Shown piece after piece: positions 1 through 14,300 of a DNA stretch of 64,000 nt. The notes beneath the pieces are model-generated. The model was not told the DNA's origin. It was given only the letters and a program-made list of their open reading frames with translations, and made no database searches. The DNA comes from Bugula neritina (lineage: Eukaryota > Animalia > Bryozoa), in the NCBI GenBank assembly GCA_964035545.1, contig OZ037765.1:26411504-26475503 (forward strand), written 5' to 3'. Numbering within the stretch: the stretch's first letter is position 1; every line of letters starts with the position of its first letter. The translations under genes and the position numbers were made by a program.

Positions 1-123
1 ACAAGTTGGATGAGTTTGCACTTTGCACACTGCGTTGATATCACAAGGTAACACAACATCCAGGTGTTTGGATATGAGGTTGGCAATGAGCACATTCTAT
101 GTAGCTTTCCACACCCCAAGCTG

Positions 124-3100
124 TTAAAAACAGATAAAAACTTCACCTTTAGTGTACTGAGCTTCTACAATTTTAGGATGATGAGCTTGTACGTGCTTGA
201 TGAGCCAGGAGTTGGTGGAGAAAGTGAGCTGGCAGTGAGGGTCTGGACAGAGGAGTACGGCTCGACTGTCCTTGACAGCGTGCCTCTTGAGATGAGCAGT
301 CAGCGCTGCCTTGCTCGAACAGGAGTGCAGGCAGTCTAACAGCAATATAAACAGCTTAATAGAACATATAATAGCATACGTCATTCTTTTAAAAACACTC
401 AACATTCACACCCATTAGCTCGAAGCTTCCTTTGCCTATCATAAAGTGCACACTTTTCCATCTATTAATTAGTAAACTCAAACTTGAACATTTAAAACCG
501 CAAATCCGTTACATGAGCTGCATGAACCTGGGTAACTGCAGCGATACAACTTGCTTTCGGAATGTGAGATGTAGTGGTTCTTCAGATGGTCAAGACGGTG
601 AAAAGACTTTGGACAGAGAGGACACTGAAGTGACTTCTCATTGGAGTGTATCTTCATGTGTCTGCGCAGCACCGATGAGTTTCCGAATGAGGCACGACAG
701 CCTTGGAAGGTGCATTTGAAAGGTGCGTCTCCTGGAGTCAGAAAGAGTGGACACTATCTCAACCTTACAGCTATACATGCCAGCAGTATTCTAGACTTTA
801 CCTAATGTTCAACACATGAATATACTGTACATAGTTGCTCTTATTTGTTCGCCCTGAAGAGTGAAGAATATTGTGATTATCATTTGGAGCAGAGCAGAAC
901 ACACCCCAGTAAATAGCGACGCTGTGACATACCAGTGTGCTGCCGCATGTGATTGTCAAATCTACTCTTCCATGTGAAGACTTTTCCACAGTCTGTATAC
1001 GGACAAACGAGATTCAGCTCCTTACGTTTCTTGTGCCCCTCAATGTGCCTCATGAGACTCATCCTTGAATGATAAGCTGCCGTGCAGTCTTCTTCCTGAC
1101 ATCTACGTGATAGCAGCGCATAAGAAATGATACTTGGAATATAAGTAATACTTGGTATATAAGTAATACTTGGAATATAAGTAATACTTGGAATATAAGT
1201 AATACTTGGTATATAAGTAATACTTGGAATATAAGTAATACTTGGTATATATGATTCCAGGGAACACTCACATGAAGGTTTTAGGTTGTTCGGGATGCTT
1301 TTCACCAATGTGTTTATGTAGTTTACTTTCACTAGTGAATTTACGGTCACACAACTTGCATTTGAACAGGTTAGGAGACTCATGGGCACTGGCTTTATGG
1401 GTACGGAGGTTCCAGATTGACGTGTAGCGTTTGTCGCATTCGTCACACTACAGGGTGATAAATACACTTCCTTATATAACATATAGACCATAACACAATA
1501 TCATAATAGATATCCAAATCCTGTCTGTTGACAATAACCACTAAATAGATGAAATAACTCGCATATATAACATACGTATTATAATAAATTATGATAAAGT
1601 ACAAAGAACTAAAATATAAATATATAAATTATATATAAATTAAATGATGACAATAACCACAACAGAAGTTGCAGGAAATATGAAGACTAATTGAATATAA
1701 GCATAGGCTGCATACTATGTGCTCTTTGATCTTAAGGTGCGTCTTTTCATGATAACGAAGTCGATAGGCGTCAGAGAATGCCCAGTTACAATTCTCGTGG
1801 CTGCACTTATGAGGTTTCTCTAGCGAGTGTTTCATCATATCGTGAATCCTGAGCTTGTAGTATCTCTCAAATGTCTTGTCACAGTGGAGACATTTATACC
1901 TGGCTGAACCGTCGTTCACCTGCAGTCAGTAATACTCAGTGTTTAACCACCTCATCACAGCTTATTAGCATGGAACCAATGATAATGAATTTACAAATTA
2001 ATGGAAATAAATATTGTATTATCTCATTTACTAATTTGGCTACAAATTTACATGTACAGTGAGATATGTAGTGTATTTCATGAAAATAACATTAAAAAAC
2101 AGGTTTTTCCAGCCGGCCAGAAAATAAATTATGGCAGCTAATACTTAGAAGCGCCACTAACAAAAACCATTTATAAAAGTTAAAATTAAAAAATTATTGA
2201 TTTAATGAATAGGGATATTGAATAATGATAAGCAAAATGTGAACTAGCAACAGAATTTTACAGTAGTATGCGGGTGTACGTGTGTATTTGAAGTGGGTTT
2301 TCTAGGGGGTGCAGAAAGCTTATAAATTCAACCCGACAGGTCGTTCTTGAGAAACTAAACAAAGGCTGAACAAAAAAAATCTTATAATAGTAACTCACTG
2401 GCTGACCAGGTGTTAGTAAATTCATCTTGGCTACTGGAAGCATGACTAGAGCTACAAGAGAATATAACTCCTGATAACAGCAAATTATTAGGAAGTAAAA
2501 TTAAAATTATTATTTTTTAATAAAATGACAACAAACTGCAATAAAAAGTAAGAGAATTTAATCGATAGTGTCCAACTGACGTTACAGTAGATAAGTAAGT
2601 ATAAGGTAACACACTGAAATGAAGTGGGCAGCAAATGCCAACCCTGTTCTTATAGAAAGGTCTATACATACTGAAGTTGGAAGAAGTACTATCACCATTG
2701 ATTATCACAGGCTGCATTAAGGACGCAGCTTTCTTTAGCTGGTCAGTATTAACTTTGAAACACTGTAAATAATAAATAATGACAGGTTAACATGGAGTGT
2801 CGTCTCAGCCCACCAACAACTGCTAAATCATTCTCAACATTGTGATGAAGCACAAATGGCACTTAAAATTAATGGCATTTGAGTATAGAGAACTGCTTTA
2901 TTATATTACACAATCCAGTCACATTGTCAGATGGGGCAACAAATGAAACACCCAAAAGCTTATACAATTTCCAATTGCGCTGCCACACTGCATGCAATAC
3001 ACAAACATGAATATTTTTACTTTATATAATTCAAACTCAAATAATTTACTGATGAAACTGGTTACCCTTTCACCAATGCTGGTCCGAACAGTTATAGTGG

Positions 3101-5659
3101 TGAGGTCGTCACCAGATTGGCTGAGTATAATAGGCTTCTCTCCTGTAGGAACCAGAGCTTGCTCAGCTACTGCGTCATCTTTCTCTTCCTGGGTTGACGA
3201 CGCACTGACTGTGGACGTGGTAACAGATTTAGGGAGCTCTTTAGGACCAACAGATTGCTCAAATTCAAGGCCCTGCTCGGGCATACGCTCAAGCTCTTGC
3301 GGTGTCATTAACTGAGTAACAGCACCTGCACCACCTGTCACATGTACATACAGTTTAATATCTTGAACAAGTTACAACAACATAGACCATTGCGATAGCT
3401 AGGCAAAACTATACTTGATAGGGTATCAATAAGCAAATGTATATACACTATGTTTTACTTATAGAATTTGAAAAATATATGAAATAATGAAATTTTAATA
3501 ATGGCTTACTAGTCTGAAGATGATTGACTCCTTGATTGACTGTATGCTGAATATCAGCTGCACCCACAGGTAAATCACACCTTTCACTGGAAAACATTAA
3601 TAACTATTGATAAAGTATGTGGTTTTTGGAGCTTGTAAAGGTTGTCCTATCTTCCATGTCTGGACTGTAGAACACAAAATGAAACAGACCTGAAATCTTC
3701 ACGATCTTCACCAACGTCCATCCGACTATCCATAAAGTTGTTGAGAGGAGGAAGGTCCATGACATCTCCAAATATATCTAGGATATCCCTTGGTTTAGTT
3801 GGACTCGATATGTCCACATTGCACATGGGTAGAGGGAGTGAGAGGTCAAGCGCGGCTAGTATTCCATGATCTCCTGATAGTGAACACACAAATACCCACT
3901 AATTAGCTTAGGATCCTAACCCGATCAGCCAATAGGTTATCAGATATTATTATAATACTACATTAATGGTCCACGACCTTAATTTGATAAATATACTAGT
4001 GTTCTTCAACAAATATTTATATACCGCTACTAGAGACAATCAAGCAATTAAACCAAAAAAACTACCTTTCATTGACTTGTTCCAATCATAGTTAAGCTCA
4101 TATGCCTCCCAAGAAAAAGAAGACAATGGTACAGTCTTTTCTATCCCATCACCGTCACCAATAGAATTCACACTCTCTGTGCCGTCTAAATCTACTATCA
4201 TCCCACCTCCACTCTCACACCTCTCTGGTGACATATCGTCTTCATCATCAACAAGTTGACCTAATTGTATAACATGCTCCGTGTAGACTACTCATAAAAC
4301 TTTTCAAATGTTAGTAAACAATGACCATAATCATCATTACAATATCTAAATAGAACAACATAAAATTGATTGAATGTGCAAATAGAATTAACACCGAAAA
4401 TATCATTGCACATTTTGAAATATTAAGAATTTTATGCTAATACAAACTTGGCAACTCAGCATCTACAACTGGAACTGGAAGCCCTCGTTCTCCGGACGTT
4501 AAATCATTTAGTTCAGTCAAGCTAGAAATTTTTATCTGCTAGCAAAAGTAAAACAGGAATAGTTTAATAACACACCAAGACAATCTGATACAATATATTT
4601 AAATATTATAACATAGATTTACATTTTATTTAAATTTTTTATCCAATATGAATATTACTATTTTTATTTTATCTATGACAATAGTTTACAACATACCATA
4701 AGATTTTATATATACCTATTTTGATACCAATGCTATAACCTTACCTAAACCCCATATTCATATTGATATAAATCAAACCAGCATTTTGTTGTCACTACTT
4801 ATTAACTTATTTTCACTTTTCATGTTCATTATTTATAGTATTACTATCAATATTAGTAATAGTAGCAATTACAATGTAATTAAATTTAATATTTTTATGA
4901 AAAACCGAATTCAGCTTAAAATTAAACTTAAAGCAACCACCCAAGTAAAACTAAAAGAATCAAACTGATTTTCCAATTTTAGTAACACTACTTAGTAACT
5001 TCAAACCATTGTCATAACAATTTCAATTAAGTTTTTATTTTCACTCAGTTTTACGAATTCAAAGTTTAGGCTGACGTACTCATAATCATAATGTAATTTT
5101 ATGACTTGAAAGTTCAAGTTGTTCATTGATATTGACAATGACTTTAAGCAACTTTGACATGATTTTAATTTTAAATTTAATATCCGTTACTGTTAGTGTC
5201 ACTGTTAGTGTTACTTTAAATTAATATTAAATTATTATTATTATAATTATAATATTAATAAATATAATAATACCAAGTCCAATGCAATAGTACTAGAAGT
5301 ACTTGTAGTAGTACTAATCTCAGTAATTAATTACTAATAGTAATAGTAATAGTAATACTAATACAGTAAATGTAATACTAATAGTAATAGTAATACTATG
5401 AGTAAGACTAAGAGTAAGAGTAAAACTAAAACTAAAAGTAAAAGTAAGTGTAACAGTAACACTAACACGCAACTTTTTGCTTCAAGTTTTTAAATTTTAT
5501 GATTTTATATGTTCTAGAATTTTTGCTTTGGTATTTTAGAAAATGAAACTTCTTGGAAAAATGAAAATTGACCCTCAAAATGTAAACTATTAAACAGTCT
5601 GCTTAATACTACGGTGATAGAAAGTTCACTGTGAATTCTTAGTTGCAAACCTTGCTCAT
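124..5659 (-). CDS. ZXDC: ZXD-family (ZXDA/B/C-like) multi-C2H2 zinc-finger transcription factor; multi-exon, 3' end uncertain and may run off the window
   Basis: Phase-compatible exons start at ATG 5659 (MSK|IKISSLTELN...|SQLVDDEDDMSPERC...) and give an acidic N-terminus followed by 10 fingers. Finger order and signatures match the ZXD proteins as I recall them: CNWAFSDAYRLRYH, YTSIWNLRTH, LFKCKLC..SKL, KSFHRLDHLKNHYISH, CSSKAALTAHLKRH, CPDPHCQLTF. Confidence 0.75.
1131..1251. repeat. Intronic 18-bp minisatellite TACTTGG(A/T)ATATAAGTAA, about 6.7 copies
   Basis: Tandem copies are directly visible. It produces the spurious YIPSIT repeat in ORF 880..1491. Confidence 0.95.
5200..5470. repeat. 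Low-complexity (TAA/TAG/AGT)-type tract in the first intron of the ZXD-like gene
   Basis: Runs such as taatagtaatagtaat and aaaactaaaactaaaagt. Confidence 0.7.
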
Positions 5660-6000
5660 ATTTTCACGCTAGAAGTCTCCATTCAATATGTCATCCGTCA
5701 TAGCCGCAGTTTCAACTGTTTCCGTTTCCGTTTTACAGAGAAATAAGAAGCCGACTACAACTGTTAGTACATATGCATTTTCAAGCAGTAATATAATTGA
5801 TCACTAACTTTGCAAATAACAATATGGATTAATTACACGCAGAAAAGCGTCTACACTTTCACTTACATGGTAAGTTTACGATAACACAACTGTTCAATAT
5901 TTAAAATTAGGTATATTTCAATTAACTAAATTTTTTCTATCTCTTATCTAATCGGTAATCACTGTCACAGCTGACTACTTCTAGTAGTAGTTCTACTACT

Positions 6001-7028
6001 ACTTACTTGACTTACTTGAAGATGCAATCACGTTAGACCACTAGATTAGTGTAAGCGACGTGCCTCGTTTGGTAAATAGAATTATTAAATGTAGTTAATA
6101 CTTTTATCACATAAGACTAAGTGCAGTTCTGTTTTAAGACTTTGGTGCCAGTAGGCGTAGCCTACAGGGTCTTATGAGGCCTGTCTGTGAGCAGCATTTG
6201 ATGTTATTTTCATATCACGTATTGTTCTGGGTAGGAAGCTGTTATGAAATAGTGAGGTGTTAGTCCTGAAAGTGGTGGGCGTGCCATTTGACTGGGACCT
6301 GGTGGTAACTGATGTAGTGGACTGGTCGATGAGGTGTTCATACGATTTTGAGAGTGAAGGATGATATTCCTTTTTGGCCAGGATCCGCATCAAGAGACTA
6401 AGTCGTAGGTCTTTGCGCCTGTTTTGCAGGGGGGTTAATTCAAGCCTAGATCTTGCCTCATCTGAGCCACCCCTGCCTTTAATACCTGCCACAAATCTCA
6501 CAGCCTGCTCTTGCACTTGCTCGATATCTACTACAGCTTTCTTGGAGCTAGGGTCTCACACAGGGCTTTGTATGCTATTAACTTCGCCTTTTCTGGTGCC
6601 CAATACAGTGCCCTTTTAATCATCCCGAGTTGTCGCTTCGCTGTGAGTAATTTCTGCTGGATATGCATGTCGAACTTCAGGTCTGATTGTATTGTGACAC
6701 CAAGATACAACGCGTGGTCAACAACTGCGAGAGTCTGGCCTCCAAGTGAATAGTTATGTGTGAATTTCTTGTTACTGAAGATGATGATCTTGCTTTTTTC
6801 ACATTGAAAGACATACCCATCCTGTATGCCCAGGAGTCCAAAGAGTTCAGGTTGTGCTGAAAACGGGCTGTGTCCTGCTGGCTTGTGATGGTCTAATACA
6901 TTAAGGTGTCGTCTGCAAATAGGGCGACTGGGCAATCTACCTCGCTTGGAAGGTCATTGATAAATATCAGGAAAAGCACAGGCCCGAGAGCTGATCCCTG
7001 AGGAACCTCTGACGAGACTGGGAGACTG
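6001..7028 (-). mobile_element. 5'-truncated, decayed non-LTR retrotransposon (CR1/L2-type reverse transcriptase 3' end)
   Basis: The minus strand reads [20 protein letters not shown]...LFADDTLMY*, then YLGVTIQSDLKF..H, then QEQAVRFV...LQNRR...FHNSFLPRTIRD, with stops and frameshifts. It ends in a short CAAGTAAGT-type tail near 6001-6020. Confidence 0.9.
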
Positions 7029-8375
7029 CTAGTACTAGGCTAGTCTTAATCTTATCTAGTAATCTACTAATAGTAATACTAGTACTAGAAATAAAACAGT
7101 AAAACTAAAAGTAAATCTAATCATAAATTAGAAATCTTGAAGTTAATTTGAATCTCCTTCCTTGATTCCTGGGCGTGTCAGTGTTGCAACCTCTGACTTC
7201 TGAAACTGATGACTGGTGGCCGATGACAACGTTAAGTGGGCCAAGGGTTATGAATAGGACCAAAATTACACAGCAATGTTGTATTATTATTATTATTATT
7301 ATTATTAAAGGATAAATATTATCATAATTAATAAATGTATTTTAATTTAATTTTGTACTATAATTTTATACTATAATTATTTTCATAGTCAGTTAGAGTT
7401 AGAGTTAGACATGCACATGGTCAGTTGCCGTTGGTGTGTCATTAATTTATAATAGTAATAATAATGAGAATATTTGTAACCACCACCATGACTATACTTT
7501 GAGTTTATAACCACATAACTACAACTAACGATCTATTGCTTGAATGCTTCGAATTGCATTTGTTGTTATAATTAAATTTATAGCAAATAAAAACCATAAT
7601 CATCATAATCCTGATGATGATGATGTAGTGATAATCATAATGGTGTTATTTAATAAGATATTTTCATTTTAATCTTTAGTATTTCAAGTGACCTTTTCAG
7701 TCACATTGACATTGAGTTTGACTTATTTATTTACTTACTTGAGTACTCAAAGCTCTTTAGCTCTAATAGACCTGCTAAAATTACTGACTAAAATGCTTAC
7801 TAATCGAGGAATGAAACTTTCAAAACTATTAATTTAGTTAACATTTATACAGGTGCTACAAAAATTGTACATGCTTGCTGATTTTCAATTGTATTTTATG
7901 GCAACATATTTCAAGTAATATTCAAGTCATAATTTGATTTCAATGCATTTTTATTTTGCTTATAATCATACTGATTTTATGGTTATTGTTAATATATTCC
8001 ATTTACTGTGGTAGTTTTTATGTGTCATTTATTAATCATATGCCAAATAATAAATCCAAACAGCAAACTGAAGTTGTTGATCAACTTTTTATTTGAAATA
8101 CTAAATGCATTTAACTGTAGATGTTTTTATGAGCCTACAGTATATGAACCTCATCAAAACTTGCAAGTCAATTCAGTTCAAACTGACTGGAGGCAGCTCA
8201 CTAGTTAACTTGGCAGCATATTTGTGCAATTCATTTATTTGATTCATTTTAAAATTTATAACATTTAATTCATACAATTTTTTTTTCAGAGGGGAAAAGT
8301 ATGCGGATGGTAAATTTAATTCTAGTTGTTACTGGGTAATGATAAATTGTGTTTTCAATAAACCAATCGATAAAT

Positions 8376-11300
8376 ATGGCAGCATCAAGGCGCTCCCAGA
8401 TGAAAACAGTGATAGTGTCATCTACAAATAAGAATAGGTAAATTATTTATTATTTTGCCAGATTTTGGTGTTAAAATTCAATCATGATTGACCTCAGATC
8501 ACAGGATTTCTATTTTACCACTATAATTTAAGTCAGTACTGACGTGCTTCTTCAAGTTACTGTAAAAGCTATTTTACATTTAGCTAATCATAGGAGCAGC
8601 TACTACGTACTAAATTATTCCATACAATACGCCTAAATTATTGTAAAGGTAAACGCCTCATCTCAAGTATGTTAAATCAAAGGTTTTATGTCTTAGCGCG
8701 TAGTAGACTCAAATCTTTTGAAAATACCTAGTATTTTATGATCATTTAACTTGTATAAAAACATTACACGCCTGTTTTAGGTTGGAACCCTTAAATGGCA
8801 ACTTGCTTACTTTCAAAGCATGTAGCTAAATTTTAATAATTTTCTTAGTAACTTGTCACGAAAAAGTTACAATTTGAACTGAATCAACATTGCATTAATT
8901 CTATTTGGACAGAATTTTAATGTTTGTGGTATATTTGTGTAATGATGCACTTGTGATCACTTTCTCTCTATTTCACCCCTGTGAAATCTCCTGGGGAGTT
9001 AATCCATGAGGTCAAAGTTCAATGAGCTGATACACATTTGAAAAATTAGCCACGAATACCACTTACTGTACTTCGAGTAATAAATAAATATATAGGGTGT
9101 GTGAGATGTAAAATGTCTCAATCACACAATAGTAATTGGAATGGGTTCAAGACTTTAAATCATATTTTAAATTTTAAAAATTTATTATTTATGCATTATA
9201 TTTGAAATTATTCATTTAACCTATAGATATTTTTCAATAACATTAATATAATAATATGTCTTTATAGATTGATTAGTCATTGTAATTGTCAAGCTTTTTT
9301 CATATTTACCATATTATTTTGTAGCGGAGTAGCTGATGAAAGAATGGTGAATGGATCATTTCTGCAGGAGGATAATTTTGAAAAGTAAGCAGTGGTTGAT
9401 AACTAATAAATTTAAGCATTTTTCAACATCCGAGTTGTACGTTGAGTCATACTCGAGTTTATGGTGCTGAGCTGTAAAACTGCTAAAAACTATTGAAATC
9501 GTCTGCAATGGCAGATATTTTGACGTATTCATCATTTCAGTTGATGCCAGAAATTCTATTCTAGGCGACCCAAGACTGATTATACATATTCTCGAAGGTA
9601 TGATGCTCATGTCGTAGCTTTGTAGAACTAATTGGCATCTTCATTTAGCTTACGTTATCTGCTAGTGGTGTGGTTGTTGCCAGTTGAATGCTTTTCGTCT
9701 TTCTACCTGCAGTGTGCTTATAAACACCTGTTAGATCTGTCTAAAAGCAGCTGATTAATAACTCAATAATTGGTAACATTTTGCCCAAAGTCTTATTCAT
9801 GACTATTTTCCTTAAAATTAAGTAACATTCAGATAAATATTATTTCCTAAGCATTGTTTCAACTTATAATTTATCTTCTAAAATATTTTCTACTAATCCG
9901 TACTCTATACCTTCAACTAATTTTATCTTTCAACTATTCTAATCCCTATAGCTATAAAATTTTATTCCTAAAATCACTCTTAGCACCTGGTTCATCTATA
10001 TATTATTTGCATATGGGTCTTCTGGTTTAACTCAATACAATAAGATATGAACGCACCTTCAAATAATGGTTCTCCAAAGGCTTGAGGGCCTAAAGGTTCG
10101 TCATTGCTTAAACATACTTTCTGATATAGTTTAAAGCACAATAATTAAGGTCTGGAATTAAGATCATTTTAGGTGTGCGCCTTTTTAATTGTGTCTATGA
10201 TGCTGTGATAACTCCTGGCCTAAGTTTTAATAGATGTTAACTGGGTCATGCAGTGGCCTACCTGATAAAGACAGATTGAGATTATAAAATGAGTGTTCAT
10301 TTCTTGAAATTGGAATAAAATTTATAAAGGTATAAATTCGACTTCAAATTTTTTTATGCTGAAATCTATATACAAATAAAATAGCTGTTGAAGTTACAGT
10401 ACAATAACTGGAATATTCTATATTATTTATTTACTATTGCAGTGATAGCCTACTGTTGATTGTATAGATAACATATTCTTATAATAATGATTTATTTACA
10501 TTAAATTTACAATCTAATTCTTTGCAGACACCTAGATTTCACTAAATAGGCTAATATTACAAAAGTCGGCTGAATTGAAGCCTTCTTTTCTAAACTCTCT
10601 CAGATGTAGTTGCAGGAAAGGGTGCAGTCTGTGCACATTTACAATGCTGTTTTCTGACACTCATCTTTTCATTTTCAATTTTTTCCGTATTAGAAATTTT
10701 GATGCTGTTGTGTCGTATACTTCCATCCAAAATATTGCATTACTTCAGTACAGTTAATTCGAGCTTCTAAAAATAGCAATGTTCATTCTTATGTAACTTT
10801 TTCCCTGGTTCACATTATCTGGAGAGGTGCTATGCTACTAATCCACTGCATTGGTCTTACTAATTTACCTGGCTCTGTAGTTAAGTGGAAATAGATTTAG
10901 TTTTTTAATTGCATTAGGAAACTGTAAGGAGAGAGTGTTCTGCAATGGGGTTAATTTGCGTCTTGATTTTAAAAGAAGCAAAAATGTTCTGCAGTTCTGA
11001 GTTATAATATAAGATATTTAACTTTTATTCTTTTGATGCATGTATTTGTGTAAAAATAAATATGTGATAAAAAGATTAAAAGGTGTACCTTTTGTGAATG
11101 AACCCCCTTTCTCCTGTTCAATTACGCCTAATAAAAAAGAGTTTATTATTTTAATGAACAACAGTTCTTTAGCAGGTTTGAGTTACATGTGGGCTTTCAT
11201 ACCCTTCAATACTGTTTTGTGCACTCCCTGCATACCTACTAGTGTATACAGTTTATACTAGTGTGTACTAGTGTAACAGTGTGTACAGTGTGCTGGGTAT

Positions 11301-14300
11301 TGTAGTGCTACCTACTCAAGCAAGTATGTAGATGGAGCTGTGATTAGTCCCAACCTATCTAGAAGAAGATTGTATACTACAGAGGAGATGATTCGGGAGC
11401 ATATGGCATCCAGGTAAACAGGAAAAGGCTTTATTGTGTGCAGCTTGTTGTAGCTGGTAGCGTTACTATTGATAATGCTGTGAATTTGAGACGCTGATGG
11501 CTATGATTACTCATTGAATATAGTATAGACTATAGATCATAAATATTATACTCTGTCATCTCATTATTATATTTAATATATTCATGCATTATGAAAAATA
11601 ATGAGTAAAAGCATTGCAATTGTTGAGTTGAAACCAACTATTTTTTTGGATTTTTGTTTAGTGCTTTAAAGAAGAATGTGAGTTCCCAGTCACACGTGAG
11701 GGTGTATGGAAGTACTCGAAGCACTCGCAGTAAAAATATCTTGGCAGCAAATCAAACAAATAGCAATGTGATCGAAGACAACCTCAAATCTACAAATAAT
11801 GGCATAAATACAAGCAATGTAAGTTATAATAACAATGTCAGCAGTTCCAGAAGGAATGAGGTCGTCACACAGCACACACTCTACACAAGCAGGGGAGCCA
11901 GTATGGCAGCAGCCACAACAGCAGCAGCCTCCACAGTGCAGTCGCTGACTATGCAGCAGAACAACAACAATGTGTCCAGTAAGTTCTCTAACAAAGCATT
12001 TATTTTGTGAAATATTTGCAACAATGTAGAGTTTGCATTCTTATATTGATTCTGGAATTTTCTTCAAGTCACAGTCATTGTATATTCTGGTGTGTGACAG
12101 TTGCAGCTCTATCTATTCTTATGCTGTATGTACTGTGGTAGATCTAGAATTCTGTGTGTAAGTCTATTTCTGTTAACCGTATCATTGACATGCGTTGACT
12201 TACCAAGTCATCATATAATATAGTTAGATTATAGCTTCAACACAAATAGATATATTATTAAGGTAATAATAGTAATGATGATAATATAACAAGGGTTATA
12301 ATTAAATGGTAAGATATACTAATTAGTAATATACAGCAGTTATTGTATAATATATTATTAGCCATAGTTGCCAAGAGTTTTAAAGTTTTTCCAAGAATAT
12401 AGTATTCAGCCTTTTACCAGCCTCATTGAATGTAGAGTAATTGATAAACAAAACTAAAACTGAACGTAGACACTTGCCAATGTTAGAGAATCACTGGATA
12501 CGTTCTACTGCAGAGACAGCACCATATGCCTGAGTGTAGAACAAGTTTAGATGGGCAGACATACTGAGTATTATAAATGTCTAATAGTCCATTATGTGCT
12601 TCATTTAGTTATTTTCATCAAATGATTTTTCTAATTTACCATGTTATATATGTAGCATAGGTGTAATAGATGCAGGCGTGTAATTACCTTAGAAAGCCTG
12701 AAGTCAAGCAGTAATAGAATGTAGATTACTTGGTGGTGATATATGATATGTGTATGTTAATTAGATAATAATCTATTCATCAGCACCACTAGACCTTTGC
12801 ATAGTGTAATAGTAATCTATTCCATCCTGTAATGTTGAACTCTCCCTGCTATCTACTCCTACCTACTACCTGCCCATCACTCTCCTACTATTATTCACTT
12901 GTTGTGTTTATGTGTTTATATTATGTTATCTACTGTCATCACCGATATTACTCCATACTTGTTATAAATAAGATAAGGTAACTGACATTTTCCCTGATAT
13001 AAAAGTCTAGAGTCTAAACCTCTAAATGGGTATTTATATTGTCAATATGTTGGCATAGCAACATTAGCTTTTCTTGCTAAAAGTTATATAAATAAATGCC
13101 TCAAGTTTTCAAATATTTTGCTACATCCTTTTTTCCTCACAAATTATAGTTTATTTGTAGACAAATATATTTCTTTGCATTTGCCTTGCATTACTGTTTT
13201 ACAAAAGTTATATATAACTTGAGTAGTTGCAAATCAGCTAAGAAGGAAAATATGCACCCACCTCAAAATATACGCTAAGAAAAATTTACAAAAAGTATAT
13301 GTAGTGAATTTGATGAGGCAGAGAAATAGATTAACTTGTTCTAACTTGTGTCTACACATATTTGTATGCATTATTTAACCTCAAAATTTCCGACACCTCG
13401 TATGATATATCTCTCTTCTACTCACTGAGGCGCTTGGTGAAGGGTTCAACTGCATGTTTTAGAATCTGCATTTTCTGATGACGAATCAGAAGAGGTGATG
13501 GTTCGCTCAACATCTAATCGTAAAAGTAGCAGACGGCGGACCTCTAGTAGGTCAAGGTCACCGCGCAGAAACACCAAAGGGGCGAGTTTAGCCGGCTCAA
13601 GCAAGCGTAGATCTGCTAGAGCCTTTGGCGATGAGGTTGATTCAGATTCTGTTGTGACTGAGTTTGCAGGCAGCAAGGCTGGCAGCAAGAAAGGCAGCAC
13701 TTATGCCATATCTTCCGGGTTGGATAGTGAATCAGGTACTTAGAATACACCAGTCAGCGTAATCCGCCAGTCGGGGATGCCTGTAGCATTTAGAGATATG
13801 ATTGATATGGGGGAGCAGTAGTTTAAGTATTGAGATTTTATTTAGTAGCATGTTAATAGGCCTTAAAATATCTATACAAGTTTGCCAGTGTTTCGGGGAT
13901 TTGAATTTTTGTTTATGCTCCAATAAATAGGAGTTATTCTATCTTTGTGCATGTCCGTTCTCCTTTAAAAATTACCCATTTTCACTCCCTTACTAACATT
14001 TTGTCAAACCTCAATGTAAGTCTCGTTTCTTCTGCTTTCATGTAGACTCTCTACAAAAGTTGACCAATGAGAACACTAGGTATAACTCTGGAGGTATACC
14101 TTAACTCTGAGCTCTATATTATATATCATCTTGCTCCGCTCTGCTGTTTATTAGTTACAAACGCAGTCACTGCTTGTGTTTACCTTTTTTGTCCGCAATG
14201 GAGTAATTGATGCTGAGACATTGTCCTTTATTGATATCTTGTAAAAGGTTATGGCGTTTTTCAGAGCTGGTGACGGAGCGGTCTAGTACTGTAATAGATA

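Noticed and set aside
880-1491. ORF with YIPSIT hexapeptide repeats
   Set aside because: It is read-through of an intronic 18-bp minisatellite joined to one real zinc-finger exon; the upstream exon is coding in another frame.
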